This document shows, in pieces, positions 38,812 through 51,939 of a stretch of DNA of 64,000 nucleotides. The translations under genes and the position numbers were made by a program. The notes beneath the pieces are model-generated. The model made no database searches, was not told the DNA's origin, and saw nothing but the letters and a program-made list of their open reading frames with translations. The DNA comes from Octopus sinensis (lineage: Eukaryota). Every line of letters starts with the position of its first letter. Position 1 is the stretch's first letter. Where the stretch lies: NCBI RefSeq assembly GCF_006345805.1, contig NC_042999.1, forward strand, positions 73,718,001 through 73,782,000. Reading direction: 5' to 3'.

Positions 38812-39939
38812 ATCATCGTTTAATGTTCAATCTCCATACTAGCATGGGTTGGACAATTTGACTGAGGTCTGGCGAACCAGATGGCCTGCACCAGGCTCCA
38901 ATCTGATCTGGCAGAGTTTCTACAGCTGGATGCCCTTCCTAACACCAACCACTCCGAGAGTGTAGTGGGTGCTTTTACATGCCACTAGCACGAGGGCCTG
39001 TCAGGCAGTACTGACAATGGCCACGCTCAAATGGTGATTTTTATGTGCCACCTGTACAGGAGCCAGTCCAGCAGCACTGGCAACAATCTCGCTCAAATAT
39101 TTTTCACGTGCCTCCAGTACAAGTGCCAGTAAGGCAACACAGGTAACGATCACGCTCAAATGGTGCTTTTTACATGCCAGTGGCATGGAAGCCAGTTTGT
39201 TGCTCTGCCAACAATCACACTCCAATGGTGCTCTCAGCGCTCCACTAGCACGGATGCCAGTCATTGAATTTGATTTCGATTTCACTTGCCTCAACAGGTC
39301 TTCACAAGCAGAGTTTAGTGTCCAATGAAGGAAAGGTACGCATTATATAAGTGGGCTGGTTACACTACTAGCATAGGCCATGAAGTTATGGTCTCACTTG
39401 GCTTGCTGAGTCTTCTCAAGCACAGCATATTTCCAAAGGTCCCAGTCACTAGTCATTGCCTTGGTGAGGCCCAATGTTTGAAGGTCATGCTTCACCACCT
39501 CATCCCAGGTCTTCCTGAGTCTACCTCTTCCACAGGTTCCCTCAACCACTAGGGTGTGGCACTTTTTCACACAGCTATTCACATCCATTCTCGCCACATG
39601 GCCATATCAGCACAGTCATCTCTCTTGCACACCACATCTGATACTTCTTAGGTTCAACTTTTCTCTCAAGGTACTTACACTCTGTCGAATATGCACACTG
39701 ACATTACACATCCAGCGGAGCATACTGGCTTCATTTCTTGCAAGCTTACGCATGTCCTCAGCAGTCACAGCCCATGTTTCACTGCCATGTAGCATGGCTG
39801 TTCGTACACATGCGTCATACAGTCTACCTTTTACTCTGAGCGAGAGGCCCTTTGTCACCAGTAAAAATGGAGCTCTCTGAACTTTGCCCAGGCTATTCTT
39901 ATTCTAGAAGCTACACTTTCAGTGCACCCTCCCCCTTAC
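38812..39939 (-). mobile_element. RTE LINE 3' fragment (~1.1 kb)
   Basis: KGLSLRVKGRLYDACVRTAMLHGSETWAV..., followed by UTR repeat units and the tail. Confidence 0.93.
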
Positions 39940-42900
39940 TTTTCCACTATGAATATGTTTGAAAATTATTTTTTTTAGACTATATTAAAACTGTTATAAG
40001 GCAAGAGAAATGCATTCATAAAATACTATGATGTACATTACTTGAATTTATGGTTCACTACTTGAGAAGTGAATTCATAAAGGGTCAGAGAAAAATAATA
40101 GCTAATAAACATTCAACAAAAAAAAACAAACCTAGCTAGTAAAAATTCAATAAATATATTTTGAAGGGAAAAATAACTTTGATAGACATAAGGTGTGCAA
40201 TTATTATTATAAATGAATTCACATAAAAGATATAAACAAGGACACTCCCACAAAAACTAAAACAAGTTTTGCAAAGCTGAAATCAAATATACTGACTTCT
40301 ACACAAGTTCACAAAGAATCCTGACATTAACACATTTACCTACAAAGTTTCAATAAAATTACATATGCACCTAAGAACTTTGTTCAAGAGATATTGTTAA
40401 ACAAAGAAAAACAAACGAATCCACACTAATTAAAATGGAAAACAGCAGTAAAAGAAACATTTGACAACAAGCTAACACCAAAGACATAAAACAAGAATGT
40501 AAAAAATGTGTAGCAACAAGAACTCCATCAATCATACCCATCAAATACCTACACAAAGGGTAAACACATTTTTATAAAATTAACTGCCACAGAGAAAATA
40601 GTATCACAATGTTACTTGTATCTATTAGATCATGACCTAAAACAGTTTCCTTACAGATACAAAGAATAAAAACTAAAACCACATACTACCAAACCAGAAA
40701 TCATATCACACCAAGGCATGCACACACATTTAACTAGACCAGTGAAAACCGATAAAAATGGAAACTAGTTAAGTTCATAGATATACAAATGCTTGGTGAA
40801 AAGAAAATGCCACATGTGCAGCATACTACAAACTCATTACACATACCTCTGCACTCTTTCAAACAAATTACAAAGATATATTCTTGACATAATCAATCCT
40901 CATATGACACTTTTTTCAATGTACATTACAAATATTTAACGAACATTACATAATATCCTAACAATAGCAGATATATTTGATTTTGATAATTTCTCAATCA
41001 TTTCATCATCTGATCCCCTCATGAACCTGTGCTCACCTTCAGTGTACATGTCATTAAAAGAGTGAAAATCACATCTCCATCAAGGACACCCAGCCACTGA
41101 AGGAGGTCATTTTTATGCTAAGATCTGAACTCATTTCTGCAAGTCAATGAATAACTTATCAATTCTGGGACTGCAAATGTTTACTGTAGTGAATTACATA
41201 CCCTGTAGTTGTAATATATAGATTAGGTAAATTTGATCATTCAAAGTTTTTTTATTTGTTTAGTCTGGAGGAAAGGGCCTTCACATACCCTATGAGATTG
41301 GAGAGACTGATGTGATTAATAAATTGATAGAACATTTGCATGTTGATGGCCAAATGGGGACAGTCAATTTGTTGGATGGTTATCCAGTACTCTGTCAACT
41401 GTGCTCCTGTCCAGATTAAAATTTTAAAAAATATTCCATATATCTTAATTTAACAATGATGGACATACAAGGACACAAACAATATATGCTTTCATAAAAT
41501 CTTTTCAGTACATGGCATCCAAGCCATAACCAACTTTGCAGAATCCTCTGTTTCTACATGCAGTACACCTGCAGAGAAAGCCTCCACACTTGCTTTCAAT
41601 TTGCATCCAACTCCAAACTGCTTACATTAAGTAAATTTCTCAGAAAACTATTCCCTACAATTCAACCATACTTAGCACCATGCACATATACACACCAAAT
41701 GCAAATGCAAAAGTAACTGTGATCACTTCAAATCAACTAAGCCATGAACCCTGACAATGAGCTTTCCATCATCCTCAAACAATGCACATACTCACCAATC
41801 TTTCTCTTTCTCTATCTACAGGGATATATTTCAGTCTTTGGAAACACTACATTGTGCCCTTTCAGAAGAATAGCAACCCTCTGATCCAGCCAACTAATGT
41901 TCTATCATACACATTTCCAATATCCCAATGGTAACAGAGAGAGCCAACAACATTCTCTAACATCCTCAGTATATCTCACTGTTTACTAATCATCTTCACA
42001 CTTTTGAAGAAGTAGATCAAGATGAGAGACCTATTCTTCTATGTCACTAATGGATTCTAGAGAAATTTGTAAAAACACTGTTACTACCTTCAACATCAAA
42101 GCTTTCAACACTGCTTGATGGGAAAATCTTGAAATACAAAATTATTAAATATTCAGCATCTTTCATATACATCAATGCTCTTCATAAATGAAGTAGAAGC
42201 CATAACTAAAACAAATGTTTTAAATGTTAAATAATTTGATTAGTAGGAGAGATATGTCTCTAACATCTACAGGTTCCCCCAGACTAGTGAGACTGTTGAA
42301 GCTTCAACATTACAAGAAAACCATGGGAGAGGAGGGAATCAGAGACCTGGATCAAATGTTTGCAACAGTGTGAACTCTTGAAAATATACTCAAAACCGAG
42401 AGATGTTAAACTAATAATGAGGGCAGAGCCAAACTAAAGAAAAAAGAAAAAAAAATTTAAGGATAGTCTTTGAGGAGTACAATAATTGTATCAAGGACTA
42501 TGCCAGCCCTGCTGAATATTCCAATCTCTTTACTACAAAATATTTCATCCAACAAGGAAGTTCTGTGTGGTCACGCCCAATCTGCTAAAAATAGCACCCA
42601 AATCCTCCCTCACACTATATGAATTTCAATCTTCCATGAAAAAATGTTTGGTTGTAGGAAATATTACCTTGATTGGAAACTGTAGACATTTAAATGATGA
42701 TGTATGTGCATCATTCACCAATGTATAAAGGGTAAAAAATGTAAACATTAGTAAGAAAATGGAGCTTTTTCTAGTTAAGTCTTTCATGATAGTTTTTCTG
42801 CACTGAGTTAAAGACTATTCTTAGTCAGAAATGCAGTGACCAAGTAATTAGCCAGTTGAAAACCTGTAACTAATGACACTATTATTTATTAATTGTGGTA

Positions 42901-43154
42901 GAAAAAAAACTTACTTCCACTTTGAAAAAAAACTTCAACTGCTGAGGGTGATATTTATGCTTCTAGTTTAACTATTAAAACTGCAACGAACTGCTCAGTC
43001 ATTGAAAACATATTCATTAGAAATTCACTAGGATACTTGTCTTACAGCAAACTTAGGACCAGATTACATATGCAAAGCAAACTACTTTGAATTTAAATTT
43101 CTACTCTAAATCAAATGTATTACCAACAACCTTTAATAAAATAGGAATCTAATC

Positions 43155-43531
43155 AGGTGCAGACATGGCTGTGTGGTAAGAAACTTGCTTCCTAACCACA
43201 TGGTTCCAGGTTCAGTCCCATTGCATGGTACCTTAGGCAAGTGTCTTCTATTATAGCCTCAGGCTGACCAAAGTCTTGTGAGTGGATTTGGTAGATGGAA
43301 ACTGAAAGAAACCTGTTGTTTGTGTATGTGTGTGTGTATGTTTGTGTCTCCCACCATCACTTGACAACCAATGTAGGTGTGTTTACATCCATGTAACTTA
43401 GCAGTTCAGCAAAAGGAAGCAATAGAATAAGTACTAAGCTTACAAAGAATAAGTCCTGGGGTCGATTCATTCGACTGAAGGTGATGCTCCAGCATGGCCA
43501 AGTCAAATGACTGAAACAAGTAAAAGAATAA
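43155..43531 (+). mobile_element. tRNA-derived SINE, full length
   Basis: Colinear with 23728-24120. Confidence 0.85.
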
Positions 43532-44156
43532 AACCCACTGACCAAATACCATATTTTCCATGTATAGACCAAGATTTACACGAAAAAACAGGTAGGTTGA
43601 CTTATACACCAAGACAATGCTGGAGGGCCAAAAATTCCATGTGAAATGCAATAGGATTTGGAAAGATGATGGTAATGCTTAAATGTTGACACTGTATATT
43701 ATTTTGACTTGTATGCTGGAAATACAGCACTTGTTTCTTGTATACCCAACTCAAAAATTGACTGAACAAGAAAGCATCATCATTATTTTACATCTATTTT
43801 CTATGCAAGCATAGACTGGATGAGTTGTCATGGTAGGATCTCTTATTATTCAGAGTTACTACCCTCAGATAAGCAGGTCACATACAATTTCTGTAGCAGG
43901 ATGTCCTTTTTAATGCCAACCATTTTACTGAGTGTACTGGGTTTATTTTACCATGGTACCAATAGAACCAGTGAGAAGTTGTCATGTTCTAAACATGACT
44001 AAAAGGTCCTCCTGACCCAATGTTTTCACCCATCTGTCAACCATTTTGTAGAAGAATGAGCAGAAACATAGGATCAAAAGAATCCTTTACTTTTCAGTGG
44101 CGTATAAAACATTATCAGACTGATGTACAGCAGTCCATATAACCAAACACTACATA

Positions 44157-44202
<46 letters not shown>

Positions 44203-44205
<3 letters not shown>

Positions 44206-45283
44206 GCAAGGTTCAGAGAGCTCCTACCTCTGCTGGTGACAAAGCCTCTCTCTCAGAGTAAAAGGTAGACTGTATAACGTATGTGTACAGTCATGCTACA
44301 TGGCAGTGAAACATGGGCTGTGACTGCTGAGGACATGCGTAAGCTAGCAAGGAATGAAGCCAGTATGCTCCATTGGATGTGTAATGTTAGTGTGCATACA
44401 CAACAGAGTGTAAGCACCCTGAGAGAAAAGTTGAACTTAAGAAGCACCAGATGTGGTGTGCAAGAGAGATGACTGTGCTGGTATAGTTATGTGTTGTGAC
44501 TGGATGAGGACAGCGGTGTGAAAAAGTGTCACACCCTAGCAGTTGAGGGAACTTGTGGAAGTGGTAAACCCAGGAAGACCTTGGATGAGGTGGTGAAGCA
44601 CAACCTTCAAACATTGGGCCTCACCGAGGCAATGACTAGTGACTGAGACCTTTGGTGATATGCTGTGCTTGAGAAGACCCAGCAAGCCAAGTGAGACCAT
44701 AACCTGCGGCCTATGACAGTGATGTGTAACCAGCCCACTTATGAGTATCCTTCATTCATTGGACAATAAACTTTGCTTGTGAAGACCTGTTGAGGCAAGT
44801 GAAATCAAAATCGTTGACATGGCTGATGACAGTACCACTTGATTCACACCTGTGCCAGAGGAATGTTAAAAGCACCATCCGAGTGTGATCGTTGCCAAGG
44901 CCGCTAACTGGCTCCCGTGCCAGTGGCACGTAAAAAGCACCATTTGAGCGTGATTGTTGCCAGTGTCGCCTTAGTGGCACCTGAAAAACAACATTCGAGT
45001 GTGGTCGTTGCCAGTGCTGCCAGACTGGCTCTTGTGCAGATGGCACATAAAAAGCACCATTTGAGCGTGGTCATTGCCAATACTGCCTGACTGGTCCATG
45101 TGCTGGCAGCACGTAAAAGCACACACTACACTCACAGAGTGATTGATGTTAGGAATGGCATCCAGCTGTAGAAACTTTGCCACATCAGATTGGAGCCTGG
45201 TGCAGCCTTCTGGCTCGCCAGTCCTCAAACCGTGCAACCCATACCAACATGGAAAGCAGACATTAAATGATGACGATGATGAT
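44203..45283 (+). mobile_element. RTE LINE 3' fragment (~1.1 kb) abutting (TA)n
   Basis: MLHGSETWAVTAEDMRKLARNEASML..., followed by UTR repeat units, the tail and (ATG)n. Confidence 0.93.
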
Positions 45284-48200
45284 ATGTGTGTGTGTGTTCT
45301 ACACAAATGTGACCTCTGCAAGTCATAATGAAAGCAACCCATCAAGGAGAGCAAACTCAAATTAAAATGAAGAGTAGAGATGAATCTTTAGTATTGTTAC
45401 AGATATTTAGTGTTAGTATGATAAACTATATGCATTCACACTGGAAAGACATCCAGGTGTAAAAACCAAGCAAAAAAAGAAAAACAAAATCACATATACG
45501 AGTAGATTCAGTTTACTTTGTTGCTATGTATGCCAGATGATGAAGAACCTCAGCAAGTAGTGATAAGGGCCACAAGACAGTCAACAAAAATGGACATAAA
45601 ATGATAAATAACAATTTTCTTTACAATATGAATAAAACCTAGTCGTGATGTTATAGAGTCATTAAATCAAATGACACAATTGCGATGTCCAATGGCAGTA
45701 ATAGTTGGCAATGAGAAAAGATTCCAATAGTTGAAAAATAAAGAGTTGGCAATGACCTACAGAACATATACTGTAGCAGCAAATATAACATAAAAAAATT
45801 TGTTAGTGGTATATGAAAATAGAAGAGTCATCACCATTTTTCAGTCTACTTTTCCATGCTGGCATGGGATGGACAGGTTGTCATGGCTAAAGTAAGTTCT
45901 TATATTATTCCAATTTTTGATGTGGTTCTATGGCTGGATGCTTGTCCTATCACCAATACTCAAAAGTAGTATTGAAAACAAAACTTTCATGCAAATAAAT
46001 AAGCAGGAATTGTATATCTGATGGAACTTTATTAATTAAAACATGTATATATTAAATTGACTATTTATATTCTATTAATTATGGGTGTTTTTTTTTTGAA
46101 ATGTGATCCTTTGCGCAGCAACCAGTAAATAAATCGAAGTATATATTGATATATCTTGAGATAAAGTTAAGATGAAAATTTCAATTGGGGCCTGAAGTCA
46201 AAAGAACTGTTTTTAGTTCATCTCATGAAATTCCAACATACTTAGACTCCTTTTACTTCTATCCAGATTTATATCAATGCAAACTTTAACTTGTCAATGC
46301 TAGTGACTATCGTTAATACAGCTAATCCCTTAGTATATTAAAATATATTAAACAATGACAATAGGTAAGAATTAGCTACTAAATTATTTCGTAAATTTTT
46401 CCACCTAACTTAATGATATTCAAAATACTGCAATAAGTTTTCTCTTAATGCAAAATGTTTCAATTTAAATTTCTTGCATTAAGAGAAAATTAACTGTAAT
46501 TCGTCACACTTTCTGGCTATTAGATTCTTTTAGCAAAATTTAATTTGTTGCAAGTACATATATCAAACACCAAGATAAAAGACAACTCTATGCACTCCTA
46601 TTTGAGAGAGAGAGAGAGTGCACTAGAAGAAATTTCCATCTTTTAAATTTTCTTTCCTCTTAAAAAACATCTTTTCCTTTATGTCACCTTCCAAATTAAA
46701 CATATTTCCATTTTAAATAGATTGCACAAAACTACCTATTCTCCATCCATATTTTCCCTTTCAATCATTAATCTGAAAGAATTCAAACTAGAAAAATCAA
46801 CATCTTCATTAATCTAATTTTTAAAAAAGGAAATAAATATACTAGTATATGTAGTGCAAACTTTGTCATGATGTAATTAGCACATCATATTCAGTAACCA
46901 AGCACAGTGCATTTGTCAGTGGACCAAACAATCATTGATGTTGGTGATAATTACAACTTAGATTTTTACATTACTGTTTAATCTGCAGCTACACATACCA
47001 GCTAAATCTCCTTTCAATCACACTCAACTATCTTTAAAAACAGAAAGATGTTGCATGATAGGTACACTAAAAAAATGGAATATCTGATTATAGGCCTGTT
47101 TGATCAGGGCTAACCTGGGGTTAAACAACAAAAACATAAAACATGTTGGAAAACCTGACAGAAAATAAGATGAATGATCTGAAACCTGTTGCACAGCATT
47201 TATTAATATAATGGCATGATGGAAAACATGTAAACAGATGAGATCAATAATTAAATCAAGAAAACCTCAGAACAAATATAAATTTTTAACCAATAAGAAA
47301 ATTCCTAGTTCTCAATTGAAATGGTGGTGCTAGAACATGAATTGTTATAACACTTCATTCAATCTTCGTCTGTAGTGGAGCTGTTATTAACTGGAAGCAT
47401 GAATGCAAAATGGCATGAATGTATGCATGTGATGATTATTAGAAACACTCTTGGAATTCATCTTTAACCTACAACATATTTTGATAAAAACGTGAATTTG
47501 AAAGACAATTTGCATACATTATACACTATCAGAAAAATAAAACAGGAACACGCCAAATAAAGCATGTGTAATCAAAAAGGTCTAAAGAACTCGTAGAAAT
47601 AGATGAAATGCCTTAGGAACTGAACTCAAGACCAATGAGTCGACTATCCAATAACAAATACTTGTACTTGTTAAATCAATCGGATAATAAACTAAGTTCT
47701 AATACAACACAAAACATTAGCAGTGATAATTTCTGTCGAGTATCATTAATTTCTTTAATTGGCTCTTTTACTAACAATATAGACACAGACTGTCCTTTCA
47801 ACTATACACATTTAATTTGGCGGAAAGTTGCAACCTAAAATTAAAACACCTCCCACGTTTATAACTAACTACTATCGGATGATACGTATTTATTTTAATA
47901 ATGGGAAAGATCACAAAAGACTTCTCTAAAAACAAATAAATCTGTTGCCTTTCAAAATATTGTCTCATTCATTCTCTTTCACTGAAAAAATGTGCCTGTC
48001 GGATAATTTGATAATTGATAATTTAGCTGGTCAGGGAAAAATTTGGCGATTAAAGTGGGAAAGCTGTTTTTATGCTGAAAAATCTATCATTAATCGCATT
48101 GCTTTAGCTAAATTTTCTAAATGTTAATTTTAAGGTTATAAATGTTATGCAATATAAATTGTTGTATAAAAGACTACTTTTTGTTATACGGTGGGGTGGA

Positions 48201-49829
48201 GTCGGTGAACTAGAAAGCGGGGAACATAAAAATAAAGATTATGCTTGAGAAAGAAGGGTAATAAAGAAATGCAAATATTTTCTAACTATACGTCAAAAGA
48301 AAATGTGTTCAGCAGTCTGATGTTTAACATCATTCTACAGCAAGTTTAGAGAGAAAGAGAGACACAGACAGACAGAGTGAGTGGGAGATACAGAATTTAG
48401 TTAAAGACTTATGGGAACATACTTCGAATTCCAAAATGTTGTTAAGCTAACTTAGTGGGTGGATGAGGTTGCGCCTAAAGCAAAGGTAGCTAGCTGACCT
48501 ATACGCTTTTCAACTGAAATTGATATTACAGTCTTTTTGCTCAATCACAATATCTTCTAGTTTTTCTAGTCTGATTAGCATATCTTAGATTAGTGTTTAA
48601 TAATCTTCCGATGTTGACGTGACGTAAGCACCAACTGTTTCTTCCGAAGACAGCTGTTGTTGCAATGAGATCCCGATCAAAAAAAACTAACCGGAAGTAT
48701 GAGCTGGCAACCACTTCCGACAATCTAACTGTCCAGTAGTAAAAAGGGGGAGTTTCTTTCAATTAATGGTTTGCAGTTAATTCACTTCATGTCGCGGTTT
48801 GTGTATTAAGACTTCGTCGCATATACAATGAAAATAAAAGAGATAAATTCGAATAAAGTATAGAGAATCGAAGTATGATGCACATGCCAATATGCACATA
48901 TATATTATATGCCCGCTCGCCAATTTCCACTTCAATAGTAAATTGTTACCGGCAGAGAGGGAAAGTAAAAAGGGGAAAAAAGAGAAAAACTTGATGCTTG
49001 TTTACCGAATGAATATACTATAGTTCCCATTAAACTATTTATTAAAACCTAAGTAGCTAAATATATAGATTGATTCTTTTTACTGGAGTAAATTTACTAG
49101 CAATATATTTCCAACAGAATGAGACATGTTTATATAAAGTATTTGCCTTGCTATTACACACAAAATTCTGAACTGACTTCAGATGTTAACCGTCCATCTA
49201 TAAATACTTTAGCAGTCATTACGATATAAAATTGTATGAGCTTAGGTAAATCTTTCGAGAGAGAAAAAAATGAATCGAGCTAAGGTAAACGAGTGAGTGG
49301 ATTGGAAGAGGTGTGCCGAGTAGAACCGGAGCAATTATAATGTGTTAGTTACCTTTTAACTCGAGTACATGGGGTACATAGTGATTACGATAGTACGAGA
49401 TAACAATTTAGTTGACGTTTGGGACACTTAGAGTAATACATAAGACAAACAAGAGCATTAAACATAAACAGTAATTAAGTTCTCGCTAGAAATTTCTAGC
49501 TTCTGTTTACTACTACGTTTTATAATATAGACTTCTGGAACGAAGAAATAAGGAGAATAATTGTTCTGGCGTGATGAATAAATAAATGAATAAAACAAAT
49601 AGGTTCCAAATGACATAATGTGTCAATGACCATAACCGAGTCAATGTTTTTGTTTTTGTATTTTCCTGAAACGAGGAAGTTATAAATGTAGACAGAATAT
49701 AAAGCATTATTTGGAGTGGGAATGAAAATAGAAAGAGATAGTAACATATATACATTATATATATGTATATATATATTATATATATATGATGAAGTGTGTG
49801 TGTGTATATATATATATATTTCTACTTAC

Positions 49830-49993
49830 AGAATACCACTACATGACGTGCAAACATAAGAGCCAATAGTCATATTCACATAGGTTGGTCCACGTTGGTG
49901 ACAGTCAAAGCACTGTTTATTTTGAGACAGAGCTACCATATCACGTAACATTTTAAGGTGTTTTTCATCTTGACGTCTCTTGTTAGTCGCCAT
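49830..49993 (-). CDS. AGFG1: First coding exon of an ArfGAP domain and FG-repeat protein (AGFG1/HRB/drongo-like)
   Basis: MATNKRRQDEKHLKMLRDMVALSQNKQCFDCHQRGPTYVNMTIGSYVCTSCSGIL contains the ArfGAP CX2CX16CX2C finger and the AGFG-type KHLKMLRDM..CFDC.QRGPTYVNMT.GS.VCTSCSG. Start context AAGATGG; phase-2 donor CT|GTAAGT. Confidence 0.93.
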
Positions 49994-50072
49994 CTTGCTA
50001 TACGAGAAACTAAAACAGCGTTCCGTATGTCTACAAGTGTATCCAAGGGAGGTAAAACTAACTTGAAAGGCA

Positions 50073-50091
50073 CAGCCAGCAGGGGGCGATA
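50073..50091 (+). promoter_or_regulatory. CTCF-like binding motif
   Basis: CAGCCAGCAGGGGGCGATA fits the core CCASYAGRKGGCR, ~80-100 bp upstream of the ATG. Confidence 0.55.
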
Positions 50092-50445
50092 GTAGTAGCA
50101 ATTCATTCTTAAAACGTGTTTGTAGTAAAAACTTTTGTAACAACTTCCAAAAACTGTGTCATGTCGAGATGAATCTAAATCACACACATTGATCCCATGC
50201 GAGCCATAGAAAATATATTTTGAATAAAAAATACATTTCTGAATTTTGTAGTATGCATTTTTTTTTATCACATATGTAAAAGCTTGTAAATATAATATAT
50301 ATAGAATAAAATAAGACATAAGATTGTTTCGAAGTCACTATCAACCATTTCCTTATAAAAGTTTATATTACTCTACTAAAAAGTATTCAACAATTCTTCA
50401 TTTTAACGTTGAATTATTTTTATATATAACTTGACAAAAACAAAC

Positions 50446-50447
50446 TC

Positions 50448-50493
<46 letters not shown>

Positions 50494-50496
50494 ATA

Positions 50497-50555
<59 letters not shown>

Positions 50556-50562
50556 AGAGAGA
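50446..50562. repeat. (TCTA)n-(TA)n-(GA)n compound microsatellite
   Basis: Seen directly. Confidence 0.95.
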
Positions 50563-50950
50563 GGCTGTGATGCAGATAAACACAGTTAGGCCTGACATGT
50601 ATATACATATTTATATATACACATAGACACATATATCAAGATATTTTCAAAACAATGAACTCATAAATACACATACATACATTTGAATAAAAGAAGGTTA
50701 GAAATACTGATTGCCAAAGATGAAAGCGAAAGCTTAAAAAACCAGTGGGTGGCAAGCGGTATTTTTACCCTTCTTTATTCAAATATTTAATTTTATACCT
50801 ACTAAGGTAGCAGTCTAGCTAACCGCCTCATTATTACCACTTTTAACAGCAATAATGCTTTTATATAGTTACTTTTTTATTTTATATATATATACAGATA
50901 CATTTCCATATAGTATAAAAATAAATAGAAGGAAATACATAATTTCTTAA

Positions 50951-51043
50951 CTCGACAGCTGTTTCAGGAAGCTCATATTCATGTAATAATCGTAATGTTC
51001 ATAATCTTTTATTAAAAATATTGAATCCTTTTATCAACAGAGA
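50951..51043 (-). ncRNA. Degenerate type I hammerhead motif
   Basis: TCT-CTGTTGA (one mismatch to CTGANGA)-68-nt stem II (AGGA..TCCT)-GAAAC-AGCT-GTC-GAG; flanked by (TA)n. Confidence 0.45.
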
Positions 51044-51450
51044 TAATAATTTCATATATATATATATTAAAACCACATTAACTGCAAATCCAGAACCAAA
51101 GGAAACACAAATATGAATGAAGAAAAAAAAGAAGAAAGAAAAGAAAACATCAATTCATAATTTACAGATTGAATGAACGAAAAGTCTTGGGTATGCAACC
51201 AGTAAACAGTCACACAGATATATTACCATAAGTTTGGCTCCCAAGCTTGCTAGTGTTTATCTGCATTACTAAATTCAATATCAACATGCCTTGGATCTCC
51301 TTATAACCACTCTTGATGCCATGGATCTAGTCCTGGATGAAGAAGTCATAGTTTAAGTTCAAATTAATGTGAGTACTGTTATGTGTTTTCTATATTAAGC
51401 ATATCTAGCACTCATCTATAATCTGTATGCATCATATACATATGTTTATT

Positions 51451-51934
51451 TATAAAACCATATGAGATATGAGAGGTAAATGTGTATTTATTTAGCAATG
51501 TGATTTCTATAAGGGTTACAACTATTTCGCTACCTTCTTCATGTCATACTAATATCTGTATGGAAGAAATTATGTGTACATGTTTGCATTAATATATATG
51601 CTCAGCATTATACAGTTCAATAGTAAATTCACAAATTAATGCAAATAAAGAAAGCTAGCTCATCAGATCATTTGAACGTGAGTTGAAATACTGGTGTAAC
51701 TATGATGTTCCAATTATCTAATGAGCACGCTTTCTTGATTTGCATTAATCTTTGGATATACAGTTGTATTGTATAATGCTGAACATATATAATGCAAACA
51801 TGTACCTATAATTTCTTCCATAGTGAAATTAATACTACTTAAAGAAGGTTGCAAAATGGCTGTAATCCCATGGAAGTCGCATCATTAAATAAATATATAT
51901 TTACCTCTCACGTCTCATGATTTTATGGTTTTTT
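51451..51934. repeat. Diverged long inverted repeat (~225-bp arms) next to a PLE remnant
   Basis: Complementary blocks include TGAGAGGTAAAT/ATTTACCTCTCA, ATGGAAGAAATTAT/ATAATTTCTTCCAT and GCTCATCAGAT/ATCTAATGAGC. Confidence 0.85.
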
Positions 51935-51939
51935 ACACT

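Larger units (their letters stand above)
47500..50340. promoter_or_regulatory. CpG-retaining, TE-poor promoter and first-exon region
   Basis: CpG is visibly more frequent than in flanking unique DNA (judged by eye). The region surrounds a first coding exon and contains ETS-, CRE-, YY1- and CTCF-like motifs. Confidence 0.6.

Noticed and set aside
46437-46489. 16-bp inverted repeat
   Set aside because: Short and AT-rich, with no TSD or other features; noted only.
49994-50143. N-terminal extension of the AGFG1 ORF in the ORF track
   Set aside because: It begins at a non-ATG codon, and family similarity starts at the ATG at 49993; it is probably 5' UTR or promoter.
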